32,463 nt of DNA from Clostridia bacterium (GTDB lineage: Bacteria > Bacillota > Clostridia > Christensenellales > UBA1242), in assembly GCA_045605365.1 (NCBI GenBank), contig JAZUPV010000079.1, positions 1 to 32,463 of the forward strand, read 5' to 3'. Below the pieces are notes generated by a model that had not been told where the DNA came from, ran no database searches, and worked only from the letters and a program-made list of their open reading frames with translations. The position numbers were made by a program, and so were the translations under genes. Positions within the stretch are counted from its first letter, which is position 1. Every line of letters begins with the position of its first letter. Of this stretch, positions 18,701-26,785 are shown piece after piece.

Positions 18701-21700
18701 CTTTGGTCTTTTGCTTGAATGTTTAGTATGTTGTATAGTTGACTTCTATCAATAAAGTATACTGTAAAGGCTCTATAGTTACCTGCAAGGTCACGTTCGA
18801 TAATTTCGTAGAAGCCCTCCATCTTGCTTACATTTGACATACCAGTGGTTTGACGAATGATTTGTTCAAGTGTCATACCTACTTGATATTTAGCTTCGTA
18901 CCAGCCTTGACTATTAGATACATAATCAAATCTTGGGAAGTTAGAGAAACTTTCTAATGAAGAATAACTTGGGTGGTCAGGTGTCAAAGCTTGATGTTGA
19001 TCTTCATATTTACGATATTTTCTAAAGTAGAATTCAGGTATTGTATCTTCTCCGTCATAACTTAGTATGTAAGAAGAAGCGTCTACAGTAAATGCATAGT
19101 CATAAATTGTTGGAGTAGTAGTGCTATAAATAGCCTTTTCTTCTTTGAAGTTCTCTTTTACGTCATCTTTAGAAGAATAATAACTAGAAGAAACAAGATA
19201 TGTATCAGTATCAATCAATGTATCGATATTGATGTTTGGTTTTGTACGGTCAATTTTTACTCTATAAGATGTGCTTACAAAGTCGCCATAACCGTGATCT
19301 TTTACTGCTGTTGGAGCATAACGTATCTCTATGATGTAGTCGATTTCTTCGTCTATATTAAGAGTAACTTTATAACTATGTTGAGTATAAGTCTTAAATT
19401 CAAATTCGTCAGTGCTTAGTATTACGATACTAACTGCTTTTATGAATGTGTATTCTGTCAAATCGATCTCTTCTTCGCCTTGAGCGATTTTGTCTACGTT
19501 AAGTTGAGTAAAGTCGATTGTTTCAGTTTTGTCATTAGCTGTGATATTAATTTCTACAACACTTGCAGTATATGGGTCAACTGCGTCGTCCCATACAAAA
19601 TCAACTACGCCAGTGTCTGGAGAAACGTTTGTTGCAAAAGAATTTTCTTGTACAGTACTCTTTGCCATTGGTTCGTTATTAACATATACGTGACCTTCTG
19701 GGGCAGTGTGTTCAATAACAAAAGCACAGCTGTATTTCATAGGGTTGATATTATCAAGACCGCTTTCTAAGTCAGAATAACCTGTGTGGTCATTGATAGT
19801 TATTGTATAACGACCTTCTGCTGTAAACTCAGGTATTACAAAATAACCTTCTTTTGTAAATTCAGTTATTCTATAAGTAACAACTGGAGAAAAAGCAACT
19901 GCAGTGTTTTGATAAGTAATAACAACTTCTAACTCGTTAAAACTTAGTCTGCACATTACGTTGTCAATAGCAGAACCTTCGTCAACAAAGTATTTGTATA
20001 TAGGTATATTGATTTGTACTGGCAACTTGTTAGTTGTTAGTATTGGTGTGCCACTAGATACACTACGGAAGAAGTTTTTAAATTCATATTTGTTGTTTGT
20101 GCCGTTACCTAGTGTGATAGATATATGTTCGCCGACAGCTCTTACATTGCCTGCTTGATATGTTGTAGAGATAATACCATTGTGGTCAATGTATACAGTG
20201 TAGCTACGTTCAAATCTGTCATTACCAAATGATACCTTGTTGCCTTCAGCATCATATTCGCCATAACCTTGAGCGTTGTTGCCGTCTTTGTCATATCCGC
20301 CGCCGACATAAGTACGAGTTAGTGTGTACTTACCAGCACGGGTTTTGCCTTCTTCTAAGTTGATGTTGTTGATATGATAATAATCATCTGCACCTTTTAC
20401 AGTAGGCAAAGTAAAGTTATTTTGATCAGTTGGATTAGAGCTAAATGGATAAGTTGTGCTACCAGCATCATAGTTAAATGCATAATATTTGTAACTTATC
20501 TTAGCTATTTTGTACATACCATCTTCTTCGGCATCTTTGTACTTAAATGATAATACGTGTAAGTTTGTACCAGAGTTGGTTGTGATATAGTGAGAAGTGT
20601 TATCTCCATTGTCTTCGCCGCTAGCCCAGTATTGACCGCTTGCGTTGTCAAAGTTCATCTCAACTCTAAGTTTTCTTTCTGTACCATTTTTAGCTACTGC
20701 AGTAAAGTTATATCTTTGTTCTCCTGCAAATAGTGTACCTTGTACTGAGTTAGGGTATAGGTTGATTAACCAATAATCTTTAGGATCAAGAGTACCGTTT
20801 GTCTTTGCACCAGTATCAGTATTTTCAATTGTATAATTGATTGTAGTGATAGGTATGATTACAAATCCGCGAGTATCGTCATCACTGATTGCTTCATAAG
20901 ATGTCGCTTTAAAGAAATTAACAAATTGTTCTGCGGTGCTGTCTGCCGGATATGTTTGAGTTAAAAATCTAGCATTGATAGCTTTGTATTCACCAAAGGT
21001 AACTCTAGTGTGAGTTTTTACAAAGTTTGGTTGGTTGTTGATTGGGTCAAAACTATTTGCCCAAGTATTTGTTGATTCGTTATAAGACTCTTGTATAAAT
21101 CTTGATTGTGTAGAGTCTAACATAATCATTCTATAAAACTCATTGCCTGCAAAGTCTTTTACGTGGAATAGGTATATACCATTTGCAGTTAAATATTGAG
21201 TTTCGTTAAGTGGACTTGCGTTAAAACTATTTGTATAAGTAATCTCTGATAAGTCGCCAGTAGAATAACCATTAGTTAGTAGGTGAGAGATAGAATCATC
21301 TGCATTTGTTACTTCAACAGCTTCTACTGTGTCGTTAGTGTTGTTGATAGGTATATAGTAACTATCTACTGTAGTAGTTATACCGTCTTTAGTTCTGCTT
21401 GCCCATTTCTTCTCTGCCCAGTTGATGCTAAATGATTTGCCTGTAAGAGACATATCATAGCCAAATGGAGAACTTAAGTCGGCGATTTGGTCTACAGTCT
21501 TTATTGTTGTATCAAGGATATATTCTCCATTGACAACTTGAGTGTTGTATATGTTGATATTTGTGATAGGAGAACTATCTACAAAATATTCATATCTAGA
21601 TTTTAGTCTGCTTGGGCTATAAGTTATACTGATTATGTATCTACCATTTTCGGTATAAGGCAACGCAAAGTTTTTGGTGTTGTCCCATACATAATTAAAG

Positions 21701-23586
21701 TATTGTTCACCATCTATTTCTACAATAACAGGTGTGCCACTAGCTTCGGTTTTTTGAATAAGTGGTACATCTAATTGAGTGATGTTGTCATCATAATTAG
21801 AGTATCTTGTATAAGCTAGTGATACAGGTGCGTTAAATGCATTTGCATTGTTCTTAACAAGAACTCTAATATTTTTGTTGGTGTATATAGAAGACATCTC
21901 TTCGATATTGCCATCTTGGTCGATTGTTTGGAAGATGGTTATTGGAGCAGTGTTGTTTATTTCAAACAAGAACAACTGTGAACCATAGTATCTATTGCCA
22001 TAACTTGTTACAACATTGTAGTCAAGTTTAACAACATATACGCCATCTTTATCAAATTTAGAAGTTTGAATATAATCTAATGTTGGGTTGGTTGCAGATG
22101 TTGTAAATACAGCATCTTTTATATTTAATTTAAAGTAGTATTTGCCGTCTGTGTCATCATAATCCATAAAAGATGTGTGAATTTCGTTCATAGCATCTTC
22201 TAAGGTTGTAAAGATTTTGAAATGACCCTTTTTGTCATTAAGTTCTGTTACGTTATAATTAAATCTAACAGGAGCTTGGTCAGTTGTTGGATGTAACTCT
22301 GGGATAAAACCTTGAGTAACATTAGTTATTGTATTTGGTGTAGCTGGGTCGCTATCATCATCAAGCGAAATTGTATGGCTACCAGCAATGTCAGCGTGAG
22401 TAATTTCGTTTGCAAATTTTTTATAAGTATTAGTTGCTTGATCTTTATAAGTTATCTCATAACCAAATATTGTTAAAAACTTTACAGTAGTATCGGCTAG
22501 TCCTGCAACTTCTGTTATGATATAACCACTAGCAGTTGAAACTAGCAAATCTACGCCAAACTGATAGTCACCAAAACTATTCAGCATTATTTCTGCATTA
22601 TAAGGTACTGAGTTGCCATCAGCGTCCTCAATCTTTCTTGTTGGTACGCTAAAGGTTTGTCCACTACCTTCTTGTTCAAATATTACGTTACCGGTATGTG
22701 TACCAATAGCTTTTGATTCTGCCTCGCTTGCTGACATAATTGGTGTAAAGTTGCGGTAGATATATTTGTAACTTGTATTGCCTAGGGTATAAGTATAGTT
22801 AAGAGCAAAGATGTTTGCATTGTAAGTTATCACAGGGAATACTAACTCACCAGATGCGTTGTATTTGTTAAAGTTATAAGCATAAGCTTCAACCTTTCTA
22901 TTTTCTAGGGTAGCATCTTGAACTCTATCTGCATATTTTATTGCATAAGAAGAAGCATCTTTAAAGTAGTCATATTTGTTTATCAAAGTAAAGCTCATAT
23001 AAACTACAGACTCTGTATCAGAGATAACGCCGTTTTGAGTATAACGATATGTAAAGGTAAATTCATATTCACCCACACGGTCTTCAATTTCAATAGGTGT
23101 TAGGTTGCCGTCATTCCAATACATTGGATAACTATCTCTTAGGCTTATACGATATTCTACAAAAGCATCTTGGGTGTTGGCTTCGTTTTTAGAAACGGTG
23201 ATTGGGTTGCCATTAAGAGTTGCGTTGATGTTCAAGCTGGCAGTTGATACTGTTGCTTCGTTACCAAGTTCTAAAGCAGTCTTTTGTCTGTTGAATCTAA
23301 CATAAAGCGTTGTACTGTTTAATGCTATATCGCTTGCGTCTGTAGATAATAATACATAGTCGCCACTTTCGTAGTTGGTGTACTGTGCATTGTACAGACC
23401 ATATAGAGCATACGGTACGCCACCATCAGCTTCTTTCCAAACTATCTCGTTTGTCGGCTCTGGTGCGTCGGCATATGCTTGTCCGCTATGCTCTACATTG
23501 GCTAGCGCAGTAAAAACGCCTACCGACAAAAAACATAGTAGGACAGATAAACTAATAATCAAATTTTTTAGAGTCAACTTTTTCAT
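15718..23586 (-). CDS. Giant (2622-aa) surface protein with a signal peptide, many divergent beta-sandwich-like modules and a C-terminal TM anchor
   Basis: Uninterrupted 7.9-kb ORF with an AGGGAG RBS. N-terminal signal peptide (MKKLTLKNLIISLSVLLCFLSVGVFTALA). C-terminal hydrophobic helix plus basic tail (IIVIVIVSVVVVVAIILFIKLRTKMRVK). No LPXTG motif. Confidence 0.9.
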   Translation of the reverse strand: MKKLTLKNLIISLSVLLCFLSVGVFTALANVEHSGQAYADAPEPTNEIVWKEADGGVPYALYGLYNAQYTNYESGDYVLLSTDASDIALNSTTLYVRFNRQKTALELGNEATVSTASLNINATLNGNPITVSKNEANTQDAFVEYRISLRDSYPMYWNDGNLTPIEIEDRVGEYEFTFTYRYTQNGVISDTESVVYMSFTLINKYDYFKDASSYAIKYADRVQDATLENRKVEAYAYNFNKYNASGELVFPVITYNANIFALNYTYTLGNTSYKYIYRNFTPIMSASEAESKAIGTHTGNVIFEQEGSGQTFSVPTRKIEDADGNSVPYNAEIMLNSFGDYQFGVDLLVSTASGYIITEVAGLADTTVKFLTIFGYEITYKDQATNTYKKFANEITHADIAGSHTISLDDDSDPATPNTITNVTQGFIPELHPTTDQAPVRFNYNVTELNDKKGHFKIFTTLEDAMNEIHTSFMDYDDTDGKYYFKLNIKDAVFTTSATNPTLDYIQTSKFDKDGVYVVKLDYNVVTSYGNRYYGSQLFLFEINNTAPITIFQTIDQDGNIEEMSSIYTNKNIRVLVKNNANAFNAPVSLAYTRYSNYDDNITQLDVPLIQKTEASGTPVIVEIDGEQYFNYVWDNTKNFALPYTENGRYIISITYSPSRLKSRYEYFVDSSPITNINIYNTQVVNGEYILDTTIKTVDQIADLSSPFGYDMSLTGKSFSINWAEKKWASRTKDGITTTVDSYYIPINNTNDTVEAVEVTNADDSISHLLTNGYSTGDLSEITYTNSFNASPLNETQYLTANGIYLFHVKDFAGNEFYRMIMLDSTQSRFIQESYNESTNTWANSFDPINNQPNFVKTHTRVTFGEYKAINARFLTQTYPADSTAEQFVNFFKATSYEAISDDDTRGFVIIPITTINYTIENTDTGAKTNGTLDPKDYWLINLYPNSVQGTLFAGEQRYNFTAVAKNGTERKLRVEMNFDNASGQYWASGEDNGDNTSHYITTNSGTNLHVLSFKYKDAEEDGMYKIAKISYKYYAFNYDAGSTTYPFSSNPTDQNNFTLPTVKGADDYYHINNINLEEGKTRAGKYTLTRTYVGGGYDKDGNNAQGYGEYDAEGNKVSFGNDRFERSYTVYIDHNGIISTTYQAGNVRAVGEHISITLGNGTNNKYEFKNFFRSVSSGTPILTTNKLPVQINIPIYKYFVDEGSAIDNVMCRLSFNELEVVITYQNTAVAFSPVVTYRITEFTKEGYFVIPEFTAEGRYTITINDHTGYSDLESGLDNINPMKYSCAFVIEHTAPEGHVYVNNEPMAKSTVQENSFATNVSPDTGVVDFVWDDAVDPYTASVVEINITANDKTETIDFTQLNVDKIAQGEEEIDLTEYTFIKAVSIVILSTDEFEFKTYTQHSYKVTLNIDEEIDYIIEIRYAPTAVKDHGYGDFVSTSYRVKIDRTKPNINIDTLIDTDTYLVSSSYYSSKDDVKENFKEEKAIYSTTTPTIYDYAFTVDASSYILSYDGEDTIPEFYFRKYRKYEDQHQALTPDHPSYSSLESFSNFPRFDYVSNSQGWYEAKYQVGMTLEQIIRQTTGMSNVSKMEGFYEIIERDLAGNYRAFTVYFIDRSQLYNILNIQAKDQSGNAMLTNTQEITQLGLVAVDSVTSEVGWGSLVISDLTTTTKNPITITITPYITYNENYINSNKINDYIVADMNSRFQFNLRSSAGNTSKFINLVKFEQKLEPPTIVKNSDGTYYLQFPVKQADSVIYLTNLQITDSQGKIIQEESGYNNMPTKSENLPEGVYFVTYQDNFNSAPYSYTMQLGIEYVSKEEQYIYYNDKYFEATNGTIYTGGDIRLTYQSKVHSVTISANGGNQITAGTDTYPDVYQGSTEGFKTVILKQPNIVTGTPSNVDIGGEITYVVYYNDISSGSVLSKQTFVIYNKLPAINLYDNNNASISGSTSGGSMALTSSAVKINWADIEDAPHSAIYSSRVSLHTLDASGQTINTIDIDNNRVVTKPGYYMVEICNTVLGNYRTVSFAIQDGDIPFYTVYDSKTNETLLPSSVKLDILNNTDVGTGRSIFEQIKNVINSTVTDSTLKTTLLAKLSEAPTQIEQYFSLNETHLQKDASSELHEFVVTFENGTYTKSILSKNSYVTTFYLIYGINNPIYSNLICITKVPETNNILTSLRYKRIDGTEDALENKTDSMLTNQDVTNSSVTLTWNSVSSNRSEWYTSGNLIYLNYNYNSNNSFKNYGTMSAGKSSITISGTGKHILTFKDNAGNTAVFTSRGTVAASYSYHTLTILDKIIYNVNNSTPLDYMTFNGSVTLSIDRQFADKYDSKSIYATVYRNGTAYDRYVTGEGGYDFTFTESGRYQVTLHAKYHSNINLANNNADLSPATYNFTIIEQTSARLAYEFNEMLGYEIVKIYKDNKDITQQVKEYYIKKSAANVIITADMLENYALRELFVTSDIFGNGSYQITVAVTYNELLAAKEYTFAFKINNATPIILSDPEYGKTTKGTITLTYNPSLIYQQVGKSYLKIYTFNKDTNGFVLYAKYDIDSDALASSATRTATLTETHDYYVQIETDSGNVITSFRVNRAEPLNAMSIIVIVIVSVVVVVAIILFIKLRTKMRVK

Positions 23587-23844
23587 ACAAAAAATTCTCC
23601 CTGCTTTTGTAAAATACTATCAAGTTTCTCTCAAGTAGTATTTTCTAAATTTTTACAAATATGTCACAAAAACACATTATGTTATATAATACAATATATT
23701 TTAACATAATATATTATATATAACAAATTATTTAAGCCAAATTTTTTGCAAAAATTTGAGTTAAAAACGCCTTAATTTTTATATATAGCAGGGTTAAAGA
23801 TGTGTTAAATAGTTGTTGACAAGCAAAGTTAATAAGATATACCA

Positions 23845-23952
23845 CAGCCATACAAGTTGATTAACTTGTTGTCAAGGCATAACTATATGCTATGTCTCCC
23901 GCCACCTTGCGAAGTGGCATTGACTAGGGTGGTTTTTAATCCCTAGTTTTTT
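23845..23952 (+). ncRNA. Candidate orphan structured small RNA: four tandem hairpins, the last with a U-tract
   Basis: Hairpins at 23852-23869, 23877-23890, 23901-23918 and 23924-23946, followed by T6. TTGACA at 23816-23821 with only a weak -10 (TATACC). No plus-strand gene upstream or downstream. Confidence 0.2.
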
Positions 23953-24002
23953 ATTTATAACAAATTGTATTTTTGTACTTGTAGATAGTTTTTTTATTGC
24001 AC

Positions 24003-24036
24003 AAAAAAAAGACTGGCAAATAACCAGTCTTTTTTG
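24003..24036. terminator. Bidirectional terminator after the coupling-protein gene
   Basis: Stem AGACTGG/CCAGTCT, flanked by A8 and T5. Confidence 0.75.
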
Positions 24037-24042
24037 TTTTTA

Positions 24043-26022
24043 TTAAATGTCATCGTCGATAGAGAATGTTGCTTTTGGTTTTAATACCTTTGCATTTCTG
24101 TCGACAATGCTATAACTTACTTCTTGTTCGTTAAGAGCACGACTAGGGACATAATTGTCAGAAGTTTTTGTTAAGTTAAATTGTGGTGTTGCCCAAGCCA
24201 TACTTGTTTTTGTTCTGATTGGGAATTCATTAAGTATTTTGATAATGATTTCGCTATGAGCACCACTTTCTAAGTGACCCAACTCATCAGGGTAGATAAG
24301 TGGACGAGAAACCATATTTTTGTTTGTAGAACGGTTAGTTTCGTCTTTACCTTTAGTTTCTGATACGCTGGTTGTTTCTAGTGATATTTCACCGCAAAGT
24401 TTACTAAATTCTTCACAAGTTTTTGCGTCGTCAGTACCGATAAATATCTTGATAGGGCAGTTACCTTTGATGGTTTGAGCTACGTCGCTACCATATTTAG
24501 CATCAAGCTGACTAAATGATTGGATAACTAGAGCAAAGAATACGTTTCTACTACGTGATACGGTGATCATACTGTCAATCTTCTCAATCTTAGGCAAGTT
24601 AGCAAACTCATCAAGCAAGAAGTATACTGTACGTGGTAGTTTGTAGTTAGGGTAGTTGTTGGCAAGGTCAACAAGTTTTTTGTACAATTGTGAAATACAC
24701 ATTGTTGCTATACCGTGACGAGCTTCTTTTTCATCAGGGATAATAATAAAGAATGCTGTTGGTTTATCTGCAAAAGTATTAAAGTTCATTTCGTTCATAC
24801 TTGTTGCAAAACACATACCTGAGTCGTTAAAGATACCAAGTCTGGCACTTACAATACCCATATATGATTTGGTTGTAGTTGGAGCATTGTTAATAGCTGT
24901 ACTTACTAGTTGAGGTACTTTACTAAATTTATCTCTACCAGTATAGTATTGTCTAAGTGTTTTGTAAGGGTTTTCTGGGTCGGTGTCTTTGTAGTTACAT
25001 ATTCTTGCTAGGTTGTAGAAGTTGTATCTTTCTCTTGTCATACCAAGTTCAGGGTTTCTACTATCTTCTAACATTGCAAGAAGTGTACCATATACAAACT
25101 CTTGAGCACCTCTATCCCAGCTGGCGTCGTTTTTGTTTTCTATTGGACAGATAATACCAGCAATTTCTCTCAGTTCGTTTTCTGCCAAGTCGATAAGTTC
25201 TGCCTTTTTAGAGTTTAGGTCGCTATCCAAAACTTCTTTGTTAGGATAAGCAACTCCGCCAAACTCGTACCATTCGTTGTTATATTCTTTAGAAATAACC
25301 TTTAGTTTTAAATCAGCTGGATTAACATTTGTGTGAGTTTTTACTTTTTTATGTAGTTCGAAAGCATCTTGATACATCATAAATGCGTTATCAAGTGGAT
25401 TCCATCTAGTAGATGCATAAGGTTGACGTAGGTTAAATACCTTTACATCATATCCTTCTGCACGAAGTTTTATTGCGTTCTTTTCGTATAGCTCGCCTTT
25501 AGGGTCGCTGACAACAAAACTTGGTTTTGATTTTGTAGTAGATAGTACTTGTAGTTGTGGTATGATAAATTTTTGTGTTTTACCAGTACCAGTAGTACCA
25601 ATGATAAGTGCGTGAATAGGTTCGTACATATTTACATGTAGGTCATGACCTCTAACTTCACTTCTAAGCAACATACCATCGTTTGAAGATTTTAGAGAGT
25701 TCCATGTGCAGTACATAAACTTCTTTTCGGTCTTAAGTTCTTTTTCAGAAACCCAACGGCTATCAAAGTATTGAGAAGTTTCGTTACCTTTCTTATCTTT
25801 AGCACCAACTTCACTTTTAAATTCTTTCTTTGCCAATTTGTTAAGAAGAAATACTAAATAAGCACCAATGCCGACAACTAATATGCCTACAAAATACATA
25901 CTGCCAAAGACGGCTTCGTAGTCTGGGCTTATGATTTCTCCTGATGTTACGTAACTGCCTACAACATAAGCTGCTGCAAAGGCAAGTAGCGAAACAAAAA
26001 TAAATCCTAAAAATTTTTTCAT
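24043..26022 (-). CDS. Type IV secretion coupling protein (VirD4/TraG family ATPase)
   Basis: Two N-terminal TM helices. Walker A IIGTTGTGKTQKF, the DPKGE motif, Walker B YFLLDEFANLPKI, and SRSRNVFFALVIQSFSQLDAKYG. AAGGGGA RBS. Confidence 0.85.
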   Translation of the reverse strand: MKKFLGFIFVSLLAFAAAYVVGSYVTSGEIISPDYEAVFGSMYFVGILVVGIGAYLVFLLNKLAKKEFKSEVGAKDKKGNETSQYFDSRWVSEKELKTEKKFMYCTWNSLKSSNDGMLLRSEVRGHDLHVNMYEPIHALIIGTTGTGKTQKFIIPQLQVLSTTKSKPSFVVSDPKGELYEKNAIKLRAEGYDVKVFNLRQPYASTRWNPLDNAFMMYQDAFELHKKVKTHTNVNPADLKLKVISKEYNNEWYEFGGVAYPNKEVLDSDLNSKKAELIDLAENELREIAGIICPIENKNDASWDRGAQEFVYGTLLAMLEDSRNPELGMTRERYNFYNLARICNYKDTDPENPYKTLRQYYTGRDKFSKVPQLVSTAINNAPTTTKSYMGIVSARLGIFNDSGMCFATSMNEMNFNTFADKPTAFFIIIPDEKEARHGIATMCISQLYKKLVDLANNYPNYKLPRTVYFLLDEFANLPKIEKIDSMITVSRSRNVFFALVIQSFSQLDAKYGSDVAQTIKGNCPIKIFIGTDDAKTCEEFSKLCGEISLETTSVSETKGKDETNRSTNKNMVSRPLIYPDELGHLESGAHSEIIIKILNEFPIRTKTSMAWATPQFNLTKTSDNYVPSRALNEQEVSYSIVDRNAKVLKPKATFSIDDDI

Positions 26023-26051
26023 AAATTGTCCCCTTATGTATTGATGGTTAT

Positions 26052-26081
26052 ATTATAATACTAAAATGAGTTTTTTAACAA
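26052..26081 (-). promoter_or_regulatory. Candidate sigma-A promoter for the coupling-protein gene
   Basis: On the minus strand: TTGTTA, 18-nt spacer, TATAAT. Confidence 0.3.
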
Positions 26082-26203
26082 CTAAAAAAGTACTAAAAAT
26101 ATTATTTTTGTTAAAAATAAATATTGTATTTGACCTATTAAATTAGAAAAAATACTTTTTTTAAAAAAACTTTCAAAAAAAATATATTTTTTTGTAAAAA
26201 AAG

Positions 26204-26232
26204 TTGCAATCATATAAAAAGTGTGCTATATT
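26204..26232 (+). promoter_or_regulatory. Candidate sigma-A promoter with an extended -10
   Basis: TTGCAA (26204-26209), 17-nt spacer ending in TGc, then TATATT (26227-26232). It lies about 40 nt upstream of the 26274 ORF. Confidence 0.5.
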
Positions 26233-26273
26233 ACAGTTAGTAAAAAACAAAAATATGATTTGGAGGGCATAAA

Positions 26274-26663
26274 ATGTCATTTTTAACTAGTTTAGCTACA
26301 ATCTTTTTAAACAATCCACTTTTTGCTGCATTGTTCTATAGTTCAGACACTTGGAGCAAGGATGGAATGAAAAAGTTCTCTTGGTTGAGTCCTATTGCGA
26401 AATTCCTTGATGATGCACTTATCCCAGTAATCATTGTTGTTGGTGCTCTTGGTGCTATTTGGATTATTATCCTTGGTGTTAACCTAGCTCGTGCAGAGAC
26501 AGCTGATAAAGCAAGTGAAGCTAAAAAACGTCTTATCAACGTTGTTATCGCACTAGTTGCAGTACTTATCTTAATCTTCTTACTAGCATTCTTCGTAACA
26601 AACGCTCCAACTTGGTTCGCTGATACATCAACAATCAACCCATTTGAACAAAGCGGAAAATAA
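26274..26663 (+). CDS. Small membrane protein with VirB2/TrbC pilin-like topology
   Basis: 129 aa with a hydrophobic N-terminus. Two TM helices (IPVIIVVGALGAIWIIILGV and VVIALVAVLILIFLLAFFV) are joined by a short charged loop (ARAETADKASEAKKR). GGAGGG RBS. Divergent from the T4CP gene. Confidence 0.45.
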   Translation: MSFLTSLATIFLNNPLFAALFYSSDTWSKDGMKKFSWLSPIAKFLDDALIPVIIVVGALGAIWIIILGVNLARAETADKASEAKKRLINVVIALVAVLILIFLLAFFVTNAPTWFADTSTINPFEQSGK

Positions 26664-26680
26664 TAAGAAAAATAGAATTG

Positions 26681-26712
26681 AAAAAAGACAGGAAAATTTC
26701 CTGTCTTTTTTA
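26681..26712 (+). terminator. Rho-independent terminator
   Basis: Stem GACAGGAAA/TTTCCTGTC, followed by a T-run. Confidence 0.8.
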
Positions 26713-26785
26713 TTTGTTTTTGTTTGTAAAAATTTGTTTTATATTGTATTATGTATTTACGTAATTAATAAAAGGATATAATAAA

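Noticed and set aside
18046-23103. Several 60-96-aa plus-strand ORFs inside the giant gene (18046, 19480, 19961, 22918), with a related one at 23375 overlapping its 5' end
   Set aside because: These are short antisense frames inside or overlapping one long, uninterrupted 7.9-kb ORF. They have no translation signals.
23676-23710. 9-bp inverted repeat ATTATGTTA...TAACATAAT upstream of the giant gene, considered as an operator or invertible-switch boundary
   Set aside because: It is a pure A/T sequence in a very AT-rich spacer, so a chance occurrence is plausible. No recombinase gene is nearby. It is kept only as a note.
23921-23946. TAGGGTGGT resembling the T-box riboswitch core (AGGGTGGNACCGCG)
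   Set aside because: Only 8 nt match. There is no ACCGCG continuation and no specifier-loop-sized leader (about 100 nt in total). There is also no downstream plus-strand aminoacyl-tRNA-related gene.
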